Of a stretch of DNA of 64,000 nucleotides, positions 1-14,335 are shown piece by piece. The position numbers were made by a program, and so were the translations under genes. The notes below the pieces were generated by a model. It saw only the letters and a list, made by a program, of their open reading frames with translations. It was not told the DNA's origin and ran no database searches. Numbering within the stretch: the stretch's first letter is position 1; each line of letters starts with the position of its first letter. Source of the DNA: the human T2T-CHM13v2.0 reference genome, Homo sapiens; NCBI RefSeq assembly GCF_009914755.1, contig NC_060931.1; one strand, 5' to 3'.

Positions 1-724
1 GCTATGACTGAAAGGCAGCAGCTCTCTTATAAATGCACATTGATTTTCAAAGGCTGAAGAGTGTTTCTTCAGTTCCCCGTGCTACCGTACGCTGACAGAG
101 AATAGATGAGACCGAATTTTAGATCACACTAAAGTTTCTTTTTTTTTTTCAGCTTTATTTTTAAACCTTTTCCCACAAGTCTAGCTCATTAGAGCAAGAG
201 AACTTTAATGAAATAATGGGCACAAAGTCAATCTGGAAAGTTAAAAAACACCATTTGGTTGCCATTACTGGACTGAACTCAATTTTTGTTTTGTGTATGT
301 TTATTAAAGTTAAGGATATCAAATATAAATGTTGATCAATGTTTGCTTCTCCAGAATTGCACACTAAAATAATGTTCTTTCATAAAGTAGCTAATCCACA
401 AGTTTCCAGTTCGTAGAGCTTTGTTTTTACTTTAGTTATTCCTTAAAAATAATCTTTTTTTTTTTTTTTTCTAGAGAGGACCCAATAAGTCCTGGTACTA
501 TTAAGAGAGCATTCTTAAAGCAGGTTTTAAAAGTAATAGCAAATTAGTGCATTGACTCTCATTTTAAAATGTATTACTTTATGCTCATTTACTTACTGCT
601 TTACTCTATAAATGTTTGTTGATCATGAGCAATACATGAGATCACATGAAAGTACTGCCAGGGATAAAAAAATAACAACAGTACCACTAATACCTTTACT
701 ATGACTGCTGCTATGGATAACACC

Positions 725-930
725 GAATTACTTACAAAGGGCCAACTGTACATCAAGCACTGTTCTCAGCACTTTACAGAAACTCATTTATTCCCCACAA
801 AAGCCTTTAGAAGTAAGTCCTATGATTATCCTTCTTTTCATACTTGAGGAAACTAAGGCACAGGGAGGTTAAGTAATGCCCCATGTTAAACAGCTAGTAA
901 TGGGCAAAGCTAGGATTTGATTTAGGCAGA
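725..930 (-). mobile_element. MIR SINE
   Basis: gaggaaactaaggcacagggaggttaagtaa...cagctagtaatgggcaaagctaggatttga is the reverse-complement MIR core. Confidence 0.8.
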
Positions 931-946
931 ATAATTGCTACAGTCG

Positions 947-1002
947 AGTGTGTGTATATGGGTGTGTTGTGTGTGTGTGTTTGTGCATGCGCATGTATGT
1001 GC
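947..1002. repeat. Imperfect (TG)n microsatellite
   Basis: gtgtgtgtatatgggtgtgttgtgtgtgtgtgtttgtgcatgcgcatgtatgtgc. Confidence 0.8.
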
Positions 1003-2731
1003 TTAATAGAGGTAACAGTAGAAGAATTCTTAGAAAAATGCTGAGGGCAGAGGCTGTAGAATTCTAGCTATTGAGAGAGCCGTGGAACTGACTTGAACCA
1101 TGAACTTTGAGTAGGAGCTGGATGTGCAGAGATGGAAGCTGAGCCTGGCAGCACAAGAGTAGCAAAGCAAGCTGTCCAAATTGCCTCATCTGTGGAGTAT
1201 ACAAAGTTGATTATGGATGGTAAGGCCAAGCTAGTAGATGAAACCAAATTGTAAACCGAAGAATCAGACTAGTAAGTGTGGCTTTTGTTTAATGCCAATG
1301 GTAAATCGTTGATTTTTAAAAATATTGGGGAGATATGTTCAGAAATGTGTTTCAAAGTTTAAGTCTAATAACAATGTGTGGTTAGATTGCAATAGAGAAA
1401 GACTGATGTGTTTAGAACAAGATTACAATAAAAAGTCAGAAAATAGTGTTGGGGGTAGCAGTTATTACGCGAAAGACAAGGTGGTGTCAGCAGAGTTTAT
1501 TGTTTAGGAAAAAAATCACTCAGTACCTTATACCTTGGCATTTATAAACTAGACAATCTCAAAAAATGTTATTGAACCAAACTGACAAAATAAGAAGGCT
1601 TTTTTATTCAAATATAAGCTTCTGAGTGTCATGAGCACACATCTTTTTTGATGCCTTTTTATAGCTTCTTAGATAAAAGCTCATTTTTATGGTTACATTC
1701 GGTATGGTTTCTTGTGCACATGCTATGCTTCTGTGTGAAAGATGAGTAAATCAGATCCATTTTCATTGCAGTTTTCCTCAGATGGCAAGTGTGAGTGGAG
1801 CAAGCACACTTTTGCCTGATTGGAAGCACCTGCAGTTTATTTGCCATGGGGTTGTTCCCTGTGTTTTTGCCCGGACTCATACTTTACAGAGTGCTGCCCA
1901 ATCCTGCTTATTTTCCTCTCACTGCAACTTTCATATCAGCTGCCATTGGGGTTGTCTTCTTACTACTCTCTGAAATTCACTACGCCAGAGCCTTCTCTGC
2001 AGCTCATGTGAAATGCAGCCAACTCAAAGCCGTTCATGTAGCTGTAGATTCAGGTGGTTACAAGATACCACGTGCTGGCATAATGATTTCACAAATATGG
2101 CATGACTTATCAAAGCATGTGATTCTATTTTAAGTTTCATTCCTATCGGTAACTGAATACACTGTCTCTATCAGTTATTTCTGAGCCTGTTACACGGACC
2201 TTCAAATCTGGGAAGATTCCCTCTGAAGCAAATGTGATAATAGTAGTGATTCTGACTTCTGCTTTTTTCCCCTGCCCACCAACGAGTGGTATTTTAGGTC
2301 ATTAGAAACAATGATGATGCCTTTGGCAAATTAGATTCAATGCCAGGGAATAACTCTACAGTCTATGAGTGCCCAAAACTATTGAAATTCACAGAAATGG
2401 CAGCGTAATGATTGCTTTGAAATAGGAATTACAAGTGCTCTTTAGCATTTGTAATCAGGGAGCTAAGAAGAACATAACAAGGGGTCTTAGATCATCAGTA
2501 GAAGCACAGCATTACCAAGTGTGGTTCTCTATGATTTATAGGCTGAAGTAGTGAATGGACAGTAGGGACAGTCCACACATGGGGTATAATAATGAGTAAG
2601 AGTGTGAACACCTTGGAGAATTAGATTCAACTCACTGGCTTTCCCAACCATAATAATTTAGTCAACAGTGTTGAAAATATTTTCATGGGGTATATGGTCT
2701 TTCCGTGTGCTATAGAAAAATACAAATATAG

Positions 2732-3424
<693 letters not shown>

Positions 3425-3537
3425 TTCTGGGTATTTAAAAAGCCAGCTGGTATAAAAGGTTTTATATGATGATAAACATGCATACATGTAAGATTTTCAT
3501 AACATTATCATATTCATCATTTAATGAATCAATTAGG

Positions 3538-3813
3538 GCAATGTTTCCAAGAGTGTGGCCTGAGAAACATCACTTTTCCTATAAGGTATTATGTAAAAAG
3601 TGGTGTGCAAGGATATAAAAACAGAAAATTCTGGGTTAAAGAAATTTTCTCCAGCCTCTCTGCTGGTGAAAACCTCAGGTGTGTCAATGCATACTGTGGA
3701 TTTCCAAGAGAATGGGTATACATTTCCTATTCTTAATTGGTCGTGAAATTGTTTTTTCACAGAGCATCTCTTGGGCCTAGTGTTACAAGGAATATACTGT
3801 GGAAAATGCTGAT
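3538..3813. mobile_element. Degraded hAT-Charlie-type MITE
   Basis: Ends caatgtttccaagagtgtgg... and ...ggaatatactgtggaaaatgctg resemble Charlie-type terminal inverted repeats. Confidence 0.45.
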
Positions 3814-4573
3814 TTAAGCCTCAAATAAGTGATGTAGGAATTTGGAAATTGGAAAAAGGCAAAATGGAGAGGTTCTGGGAGCCTTTTTGGGAATGTGGGT
3901 GTACCTTCAGTTAATTCTTCTCAAGTGTGTACAGCAGAACTTATTACAATATTTGGCTTACTCTACACTTGGCTGTCTCCCCACAAATTTTAAAGTTTTT
4001 TTAAAAAAGAAAGAGTCTTACTTACATTTTTATCCTACATTGGACCAGGCACAATTATCAGCAAATATTTGTTGAATTGAATGAAACAGAAAGTTTGATA
4101 CAGACCAGTGCAAAGTGGGGAACCTAAAGAGAAACAAACTTCTCTAGCCCAAGAAGAGAAACAAATCACACCAAGAAGTTAAGATCAATGAGGAAATGAC
4201 AATGAGAGCAATAGTGTCATTGTAGCAGCAAAGGGTCTCTCAGACATTCAACCTCAGAGTCATTCATAGGAGAATATCCACATTAAAGGCAAATCAAAAG
4301 AGAGCAGTGAAGAGAAGGTTAGATAGGGCAAGGCACAGAATCACGTGTTGAAAGCTAATAAAAACCTCCCTTCACTGTAACATGTGTGGGTGTTTCTGCC
4401 TTTAATAGAGCAATCTCTAGGTTTTTGAGAAAATCGGATCTGAGATACAAGGTAGGAGGAGGTGCACATCAGATGGGAAGGTCAAGAACCAGAGCTTAGG
4501 GAACAAACTCTAGAAAATGTACTTTTCTATCAAGACACCCCAAGAAAGACAAAGTTATAGAAATAAATTATTA

Positions 4574-4780
4574 TCAAGACCAGCCTGGTCAACATGGTAA
4601 CACCCCGCTCCACCAAAAATACAAAAACTAGCCTGGCTTGGTGGCACACACCTATAATTGCAGCTACTTACGAGGCTGAGGTAGGAGAATTGCTTGGACC
4701 TAGGAGGTGGATGTAGCAGTGAGCCAAGATCACGCCACTGCATTCCAGCCTGGGCAAAAGGGTGTGTGAGATGTCATCAA
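4574..4780 (+). mobile_element. 5'-truncated old Alu (AluJ/S)
   Basis: Starts at tcaagaccagcctggtcaacatgg, then A-rich linker and diverged right arm; no clear TSD. Confidence 0.88.
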
Positions 4781-4918
4781 GAAAGAAAGAGAAAGAGAGA
4801 AAGAGGGAGAGAGAGGGGAGAGTGAGAGACAGAGAGAGAGAGAGAGAAGGAAAGAAAGAGAAAGAGAGGAAAGGAAGGAAGGAAGAAAGGAAGGAAGGAA
4901 GGAGAAAATTTAGAGAGG
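4779..4918. repeat. Polypurine GA/GAAA/GGAA compound microsatellite (Alu-tail derived)
   Basis: About 140 nt of almost only A/G. Confidence 0.9.
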
Positions 4919-6019
4919 AATGCCCAGAAAATTGACTTCTTTGCAGCTTTTTGTTGCTTTTCTCACACCTAGGTAGGGAGCAGTTAGCTCATACCTCTAC
5001 CTGGTAAGCCCTCTAGGAATCTAATTTCTGAATGCAGTTATAAATACAGCCCTTCACAGAGGAAGACAGAAAGCAGAAGGTAAAGCAATCTCAGTTTCAT
5101 CTTCCGTCCTCCTCTCCTCTACACCTAATCTGCAGTTTATATTTTTTTCTTATCTGACAAATCCTCCTTTTAGAAGTAGACTTCCCCCTTAGCCTGAACA
5201 CGAAAGAAGAGAAAGATTTCCTCCATTTCCTCCATATTCCACCACTGATGGCAATTTTTTAATGTTAGATGAAACAAATATGGAACAAAATTGAGTATGC
5301 TAATGAAAGTTGGGTATAGCATAGCAAAATTAATCCTGCAGCCATAATTGTAGTGAGAGACCATTCCCAGAACTTCTGGATACATTTCAGAGAATAATTT
5401 TTCCTATTCTAGACTTAGACATCAAAAAGAAAAGGCAATTTTCTTAATTCTACTCTCAGTAAGCATCTCCAGAACATTACCTCTGACCTGGCTTCCAAAC
5501 ACCAGACATACTCTTTCAGCTTGTCCTTCCAAAGTTTTGGCCACCCAAAGAATGCAGCAGGCTGAAGATCAAAGAACTCTGCTGGTTTACACTTGGCTAC
5601 TGGGACAGCTCTGTGTTGTGCCTCTGCTGGAATTAGCGCTGTCTTCATCAGAGGAGTCAGCCACAAGAATACGGCAACCAGTCATTGGAGACAGGAGGAA
5701 GTGGAGAGGATATCTTCAGTGCAGTGTAAAAGCTATGCTCCCTGCTTCCCAATAGGAGGCAATGGTTGCCATAAGAGGGTTTAAGCCTGGGAGAGCCATG
5801 GGCATCTTTTGGAGGTAGTCTTCTATCTAGAAATTGTGATCACCATTAGGTCATGATCACAACAAGACAGTTGTTTCAAGAAAAAAATTACTTTTCTATA
5901 GATTTTTTCTACAGTTGGGCTCCAGAATTTTAAAAACACATTCTGACTTATTATCTCAGTTGACCCTCCCAGTAAATGAAGCAAGATTGGGAGTCACTAG
6001 ACTGATGGAAACTTGAGGA

Positions 6020-6230
6020 CAGAGAGTATCCTGTTTCTCTTGTACCTGCCATCCCTAACACAGCACCTTGCAGTAGTGAGCAGTCTGTAAGTATTTGTTG
6101 AGTAAATTAATAGATACCCATTTTGCAAGTGGTGAGCCTGATTGGGAAATAATTAACAATCATGCCAAAAATAGGAAAGATGTTAAGTAGCTGAGTCAAT
6201 GCTATAACCCAGGTCTTCTGATTCATTTTC
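6020..6230. mobile_element. L2 3' end (+) followed by MIR fragment (-)
   Basis: cctaacacagcaccttgcagtagtgagcagtctgtaagtatttgttgagtaaat (L2 tail); cccattttgcaag...aacccaggtcttctgattc (MIR). Confidence 0.55.
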
Positions 6231-9200
6231 CAAAGAGCCTCTAGAAAGGCTTATAGACCCAGTGAGTTTTCAAAACATGTGGTGGTTCACCGAGTGCCTT
6301 TTTTTCTAGAATTATTCCCTCCTTCTGGCTTAGGCTCTTACTAATTTCTGAAGCCAGTTGTTCCTATTTTAAGACCCACTGACTCGCAGCCCATGATAAA
6401 TAAATATGACACACCTGTCTCACCACCAGAGGACATGATACATCCTTTCCAAATCTTTTCCACTCTCCTCACTCTTTCATCCCTATGCCCTAAGTCTCAA
6501 CAGATTGTTAAGAAGATCAAAGTCAGCTGGTTTAAACCTACATCTCCAAATCCTTCTATACCTTCACAGATCCCTTCTCTAAGACGGAGCTGTCTATTCT
6601 CTCAGAGGCTAATCCCTCCACTTTCCTCAGACCTATTACCTCCTTTCTCCTGGGAGCCTGGGTCCACCAATTAATTATTCTTCGAACTTATCCCTTCTAC
6701 TGCCTCCTCCTTTTCTGTCAGCAAACATACAAATCACCCCCATGTTAAAAAATAATCTTTATCTTTGTGACTCCTGGTCATGTCTTACCATCTTTCCCTT
6801 TCCTTCTCTGTCAACAGATAGACCCGTCAGCATGGCTTCCACTCTGACAACAGACCACTCTATACCATCTCAAAGGCCACAGTGGCTCCCTAACTGCCCC
6901 TGTGGGCCTTTTCCTTAGTTAGGATGCCAATTGCTCTCAGTGTAGTTGAGCAGCAAGGCCATCACCCTCTGTCTCCCTCCTGTGCTGCTTCTGTCTTCAC
7001 GGTGCTGAGGAAACTCTGAATTTTCTGTCTGAGGGAAACAGGGCCACTGAAATTGTTAACAAGTGTATAATAGCAGGAGGAATTCTGACTAAGTGTCATG
7101 GAGGGAAAAGGTAATTGTATTAAATGAGTAGATTATGAGGCTGTGTTTTGTTTTGGTATTCAAGAGCAGAGGAAAAGAAGAAGAATAAAGAAAGAAAAAG
7201 GATGGTAAGCTGCTTGTCAGTTGCGTGTCACATGGCACGGTTGGCTCTAGGTCTTGGGGCTGTCCACGCAAAGGGCCAAGAAGCAAGACACCCACTTCTC
7301 CACTATAGTGCCTGCATTTGCACCTGCACTCAGTGAGGGTTCCCAACCCTCGCTTTCAGGGAGGTGAGGAGGAGCTCAGAAAGGAGAGATCCACCCAAGT
7401 CAGTATTTCCTCAAACACCCCACATTTCAGAACCCTTGCAAGAGAACTGCCTACTCTAAAAACCTCTTTCGCCTATTTAATGATGCCTCCATTCTAAACT
7501 CTTTGTTCCAAAATTGGAGAAGGGGCCACTGGTTTGATTACGGGTTAGGTTAAAAAAAATTATATCCTTTCCTTTCTTGCTGGGGTGGCCAGAAGAGACT
7601 GAGCAGATTGGAAGTCTAAAAGTCCATAATAGTTTTACAAAGTAGAAGCCCCTGAATGAGAAAAAGGATCAGAAAAGGGATAGGGATACTGAAGGAAAAC
7701 ATCTCTAAATAAAAAATATTGGAAAGGCCCAGCCTCACTTATTGTCATCATAGAAAAGGCAGAGGAAATTGTATACAAGTATATTTCAAGTCTACCAGTC
7801 CACACACACCTACAGGCAGCCATATGTCAGACTTTGTTCCTATGGGTGAAAATTAGGTGCCCTACCTGCCCAAATCTGAATTGATCTCCAGAATGATGGG
7901 CAGAGCAAATCACAGAACCTGAACAGTGTCCACATTGTATTCCTTGTCCCTTCACAGAGGACTGGTCAGTAGCCCCAATGATCCAAAAAGGAGAGGCACA
8001 TTATCTCATTTCCCCTGGATACAATACTAGTTAAGAGTGGAAAGAATTATAAACAGAACATTACAGCTTCATTAAGCCCATGATGCAGGTCAAGTTTCCT
8101 GGCAGCCAATTCTGCCCCAGGCTAGTGCTAGACATGTAGTCATTTACAGGCAGAAATAATAGAGGATTATATAGTCCTCTCTGTGCAACATGTGTTGAAG
8201 CTTTATATAGCTATTAATGTTCCTTTCCTGCAGAAAACGGTCAGATAAATATAACCAAAAGAGGGTCATTGCCTAATCCTGATGATTCAAATGGGTGCTG
8301 TAGGCCACCTCCATAAAATAATTGGGTTTCTTTTCTGGGATGCAGTTCCTTTTCATTATTAAGTAAAGAAAAGACTTATCTCTCTGGAAAGCAAGGTTTA
8401 TTTTGCTGATGAGGATTTCAGATGAATTTTAAATACTAAGAAAACTAAATTGTTAAGCCTGTTGATAGGTATAGTAATTATAATTTTTATTGATTTTGAA
8501 GAATTTTTCTTAAATTTGTATATGTCATCAAACACGAAAAGTCTTTCCATGTTTTATGAGTGCATTAGAAATACTGTCCTTTATTAATCAGAACTGGAAA
8601 AATTAAATCTTTTTTACAATGTGGGATTTTATACATCCCACTCATCTGTCAATGAAGCAACACTTACTTCCATTTTTAGTCAGTTAATTATTTCATCCCT
8701 CTTATATTTTTCACCCTATAAGTAATTCTGAGTGTTTTATCCACTTTTCACATTGTTGAAAGATTTCACAGTCACTCCTCAATTGATATTTAGGAAACTC
8801 CATTTTATGTACTTTTGGTATTATCTTTTCTTTGCACTTTCAGAGGTTTCTAGTGTTGTTTTTGTTGTTTTTACTTATTTTCTATTCCTGAAAACTGAGC
8901 TTCAATTAAGACAGATAATTTGTTCTTTTAGGAGTCCTGAAATGAAGAATATAATTACATATTATTTTAAATAAATAAATAAATACAATGTATGCCATTC
9001 ATTTTGCTGAATTTTCTTGAAACTCTCAGCAGCACTCAGCTCTAGGATTACAAGGTTTGAGCTAACATTTTTCTCCCTTTGAAAATTTTGCAAGCACAAG
9101 ACACTGTAAGAACCTGTTCAGTTCAAATGTAATTAATGTAATTTAAATGCTCAGAAATTAAAAGGCTCTTTAAAACATGGATTGGAAGCAAGTAGAAAGC

Positions 9201-10099
9201 TGAAGGTTACCCAGCCAATTCATTTATTACCCTAAACAGGATGATAAAAGCTGATTTTGTTCCAAACATAGGTCCTAATGTCCATGAGAAAGGAAGTTCA
9301 TTCCATGGACAGGGAAGCCTCCACTAGACAGCTGCTTTTTCAGGATTTTTGTATTCAGGCAAATGTAGTAATCTGCTCCCTCTATGTAAGTACAGGCAAC
9401 AGTAACCTCCCTTCTTCTGCCTTGAAATTTAAGTTATGTCAACATTCAAAGAGTTTCAACTGCTAAAGATAAATACCCCTCATTTAAAAAGGAAAAGAGG
9501 GACCAAATGCATAGAAGTGGGGCACAGAGCCTTCCTTGAGATGCTAATGAAGACAAAATAATGACATTTTCTCAATAAGTTTTAGATGGGTAATTAAGAA
9601 ACTTTGACCTCTATTTCTCCAAAAGGCAAGCATTAACTAGGCCAAAATGGGCAGCCAGGCATTGTGAATATTAATATCACAAAAAGTTAATTCACTTTAC
9701 AGAAGGATATTTTGCATAATGGAACACGCTACTGATCTAATTAGAATATAGTTTTCTTTACTAAAATCTATTAACTTTTAAAGCACATTTCTAAGATATA
9801 AAACAGCCATGATGACCTTTTAATAATGGTTGTTTTAATATTTTATTGTTTTTATTACAAATAATACAAAATGTATGTAATAAATCACTGCATGTTCTTT
9901 CTAATCTTGCCCCAGACATCACAGTTTGGTATATATCTATCTAGCCTTTTTATTTATTATAAATATTTACCAAGAAATGATACAATTCAATACAAACTTT
10001 TGTTTGTAACCTCCATTTTTTTACTTACAATATTATGAATATCTTTCTAGATCAGTACATACTAATTTGTTTTTAATGTTTTTTAACGGCTGAAAAAAT

Positions 10100-10745
10100 A
10101 TTGAGAATCCCTGAAGAAAGAAAAACAAATTACTCATAATCCCACCACTTAAAAAAAACATGTAAAATGCCTAGTGAACATCTGTTCTCCACCTATCCCA
10201 TCATACTCAGTCACACTATGCTCCGAGGTTAAAGAGCATATAAAAGTTGAGGGCATATTCTTCAAGATTTTGCCCAAACTGACACTGACCTATTTATATA
10301 CACACCTGCATACATTTGTATTTTAAAATAAAAATGAAACAATGCTGTAATAGTGGCCTGCAACTTTCTTTTTTCTCCAACTTAATATATTTTGCACATT
10401 TTTTCAGGTCAGGAGATATGAAATTACCTTCCTCTTTTAAATGACTACATAATATTTCATTTTATGAATGTACTGTATTTATCTATTTAGTCAGTTGACA
10501 TACATTCAGATTTTCTTATGCTTTGCTACCATAAATATTCCTACAATGACCATCATCTTACATATAAATCTTTGTATTCTTGTACTCATTTCTATAGTAA
10601 AGATTTCTAGAAATGGAATTTAAAAAAAATTTTAAGTGAGAATTTTAAACTTTAATATGCTCTGCTAATTACTGTAAGCAATGTATAAGTGTGCCTGTTT
10701 CCCCACAGTCTCACCAACTAATGCTAGTTAACATCATTATAACTT
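10100..10745 (-). mobile_element. Ancient L1ME-type 3' fragment
   Basis: ttttaaatgactacataatatttcatt...ttgctaccataaatattcctacaatgacc...atttctagaaatggaatt...gtgcctgtttccccacagtctcacc. Confidence 0.6.
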
Positions 10746-11772
10746 AAAGTAAAAAATGTAAAACAAATATTCATCCCAGTCCTGTGACTCAGTGACAAAA
10801 ATTGCACAGGGAAATGCTTCATTAATTTATATGTGTCGCTTAGAGCTATTGATTCTTCTTTCCAATGGCACTAATTTCAGGTTTTCTTATTTCCAAGGAG
10901 GATATCCTTACATGCCAAGAAGCTGGAAGAGAATTGAAATTTAGTACTGATAAAGTATATGTCTTAATACATATCATATATTGAACAAGGCCAACGTGAC
11001 TTAAAACCTATATTTATTCAGCAGATGCTATTGTCTGTGTACTGTGTAGGTTTTTGAGGTCTTGGGGAAAATCCAAATATATTACAATAGAGCACAATAG
11101 GTCTGATAAAAGTGTTATAACACTGCAGCAAAGAGAACACAAATTCCTTTGGTCAGGAAGGGGAATGGGTGTGTTTTTGGAACCCCAAACTCTTCTCATT
11201 TGTCCAGCCAGTTACCCAAAGATTTCCAACTTATCCTAGATTATTCCCCCTCTACTTCAGTGCTCATAACTTCCTTTTACATAGCTCTTGTATCCTGGCT
11301 CCTTCCCCACCAACCTAATGCAGACTTTCATCATCTTTCCCCTAAACAATTACAATAGCCTCCTAACTCACTTTCCTACCTCTAGACTCACTTGTCTTGA
11401 GTCTAGCTGTTGTATTTTTTAAGTATGCAAATCTAATTATGTTGAGATAGCCCACCCCACCCCCATCATCATTAAAATCCTCCCACCATGTCCATGACAT
11501 TATCAGGATAAAAAATAATAAATGGCTACAGTATGTAATGTACAGCTTAATTTTATTTTATATATTACGTATCTGCATATGTAATGGATACCATGTGTAT
11601 AGTATGCATACGAAACATAGTACTAATACCAGATAAATTCCTCAAGCTCTGTAACTCCCATTTGTTCAGAATATCTGTGAAATGAAACTTATACTATCTA
11701 ATTCACAGATATGTTGTATAAGGTACATGATGTGATTAGTGGCACAAAGTAGGACTTTAATTCCAATCATGG

Positions 11773-12000
11773 TCACATTTATTGAGCCCTCACCATTTGT
11801 CATGCATGGTTCTAGGTTCTTTACATGTATCCCTTCATTTAATCCTCTGAACAATTTTATAAGGCAGCCCTTCACAGAGGAGGAAACTGAGGCAACAATG
11901 GGTTGGATTTGTACAGGGTCACAAAGATGGTGAATGGTAGAGTTAACATTTGAATTATTTAGTCTGACTCAATAGCTCCACACTTAACCACTGTGCTACT
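11773..12000 (-). mobile_element. MIR (MIRb-like) SINE
   Basis: acatttattgagccc...tcatttaatcctctgaacaa...gaggaaactgaggc...cacttaaccactgtgctac. Confidence 0.85.
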
Positions 12001-12885
12001 AATAATATTAGATCTGAATCCTTCTATTCTCTTGTCATCGTGCCACCCTTGTCACAATGACTCTGGTTTCCAGTGTTCTGCATTCAAGTGAGTTTCACAG
12101 GCGAACTCCACAGTGTATGACCAATGTTAGGGGTACAACAAGGGGCAGCATCTGATGCAGCATGTAAAATATGATTAATATTTTTCAGAAAAGGAATCCT
12201 GTTTCAAAAATTGATCTACTAACATAGTTCACAGTCTGAATAATGATGTGCAGGAAAATTGCTATAAATGAACAAAGAAATGGGTGTATTCAAAGAATAC
12301 ATGAGTATAGCACATGCATAATGTGTGACCTACGGAAAAAGGAAAGCTTGCAGCTAATTCAAGATCTTATTCATTCCAAGGAATGATTTTGTTGTTGTTG
12401 TTGTGCCAGATAGATGTCTGTCATCACAAAATATTTATTTTGTTTATAATTTTAAGAAAATAGTAAATGGATGACAATTGCTTCCATATAGCTCTGTGGT
12501 ATTTTCTTTTTGTTTTTGGCCCCTGTTGCCACATACGAGTTTTTCACTAATGATCCATCATCGAATAAATGGTCTCACGTGATTTCTCAGGTCATTGTTT
12601 TTATATAACTAGTCATTGGAACAGCTGACTCAGTTATATGGATTTTTCTGGTCATGGGTTCTTTAACAGATAGTTAAAGATATGTCATCAAAAATTACTG
12701 TCTCCTCAGGAAATTAAAATTCTCTGAGATGGCTGAATTAGCTTCCATATAAGCAATGTCAACTTGCTTCACATATTTTTATAGTCAGCTTTATGAAACT
12801 ATAAAAATTTGTTTGTGGAACATCTTACTATTGACAGTGAAATTAGGTAACTATTTAAAAGTGTTTGCCAAAAATTACTTTAGTT

Positions 12886-14335
12886 CTGGATATCTATATG
12901 TAGAAAAATAAAACTAGACCCCTATCTCTCACTATACACAAAAGTCAAATCAACATGAATTAAAGACTTAAATCTAAGACTCAAAACTATGAAACTACTA
13001 AAAAAATTTTGAGGAAACTCTCCAGAACATTGGTCTGAGCAAAGATTTCTTGAGTAATTCCCCAAAAGCACAGACAACTAAAGCAAAAATGGACAAATGG
13101 GGTCACATCAAGTTTAAAAGCTTCTGCACAACAAAGGAAACAATAATCAAAGTGAAGAGACAACTCACAGAATGCGAGAAAATATCTTCAAACTATCCAT
13201 TTGATGAGGAATTAATAACCAGAACACATAAACCATATAAACAACCCAAACAACAATAGAGAAAAATCTAATCATCCAATTTAAAAATGGGCAAACAACA
13301 ATAGAAAAAAAATCTGATAATCCAGTTTTTCAAAATGGGCAAAAGATCTGAATAGATATTTTTCAAAAGAAGACACACAAATGACCAACAGGTATATGAA
13401 AAGGTGCTCAACATCATTGATCATCAGAGAAATGTAAACCAAAGCTACAATGAGCTATCATCTCACCCCACTTAGAATGGCTTTTATCCAAAAGACAGGT
13501 AATAACAAAGGGAGGCGAGGATGTGAAGAAAGGAGAACCTTATATGCTGTTGGTGGGAATGTAAATTAGTACAATCACTATAGAGAACAGTATGGAGGTT
13601 CTTCAAAAAACTAAAAGTAGAACTACCATGTGATCCAGCAATCTCACTGCTGAGTATATACCCAAAAGAAAGGAAATTAGCATATAGAAGAGATAGCTGC
13701 ACTCCCGTGTTTATTGCAGCACTATTCACTTTAGCCAGGATTTGAAATCAACCTAAGTGTTCATCAACAGATAAATGGATAAAGTATAATACACATACAC
13801 AATGGAGCACTATTCAGCCATAAAAAAGAATTAAATCCTGTTGTTTACAACAACATGAATGGAAATGGAAGACATTATGCAAAATGAGATAAACCAAGCA
13901 CAGAAAGACAAACTTCACATGTTATCACTCATTTGCAGGAGCTAAAAATTAAAACAATTGAACTCATGGAGATAGAGAGTAGAATAATGGTTACCAGAGG
14001 CTGGGAAGGATGGGGCTTGGAGAGTGGGAAATGGGGATGGTTGATGTATACAAAAATGTACTTAGAATGAATAAGATCTAGTATTTGATAGCACGAGAGT
14101 GACTACAGTCAACAATAATCTATTATACATTTGAAAATAACTGAGGGAGTACAATTGAAATGTTTCTAACACAAAGAAATGATGAGTACTCAAAGTGATG
14201 GAAACCCTATTTACCCTGATGTGATTATTACACATTGTATGGCTATATCAAAATCTCATGTATCCTACAAGTATTGTATATTAGTATCCTACTATATACC
14301 CATAAAAATAAAAAAAATTAAAACACATAATAAAG
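12886..14335 (+). mobile_element. 5'-truncated L1MA (L1MA2-4-like): ORF2 C-terminus + 3'UTR
   Basis: ORF2 remnant (MSNSPKAQTTKAKMDKW...), L1MA-type 3'UTR and A-rich tail. Degenerate TSD aaaaattactttagtt (12870-12885) / aaaaagttagtttagtt (14336-14352). Confidence 0.9.

Noticed and set aside
1795-2133. 112-aa hydrophobic ORF resembling a membrane protein
   Set aside because: Non-ATG start in the sequence, no recognisable family, not part of CPED1; typical chance ORF
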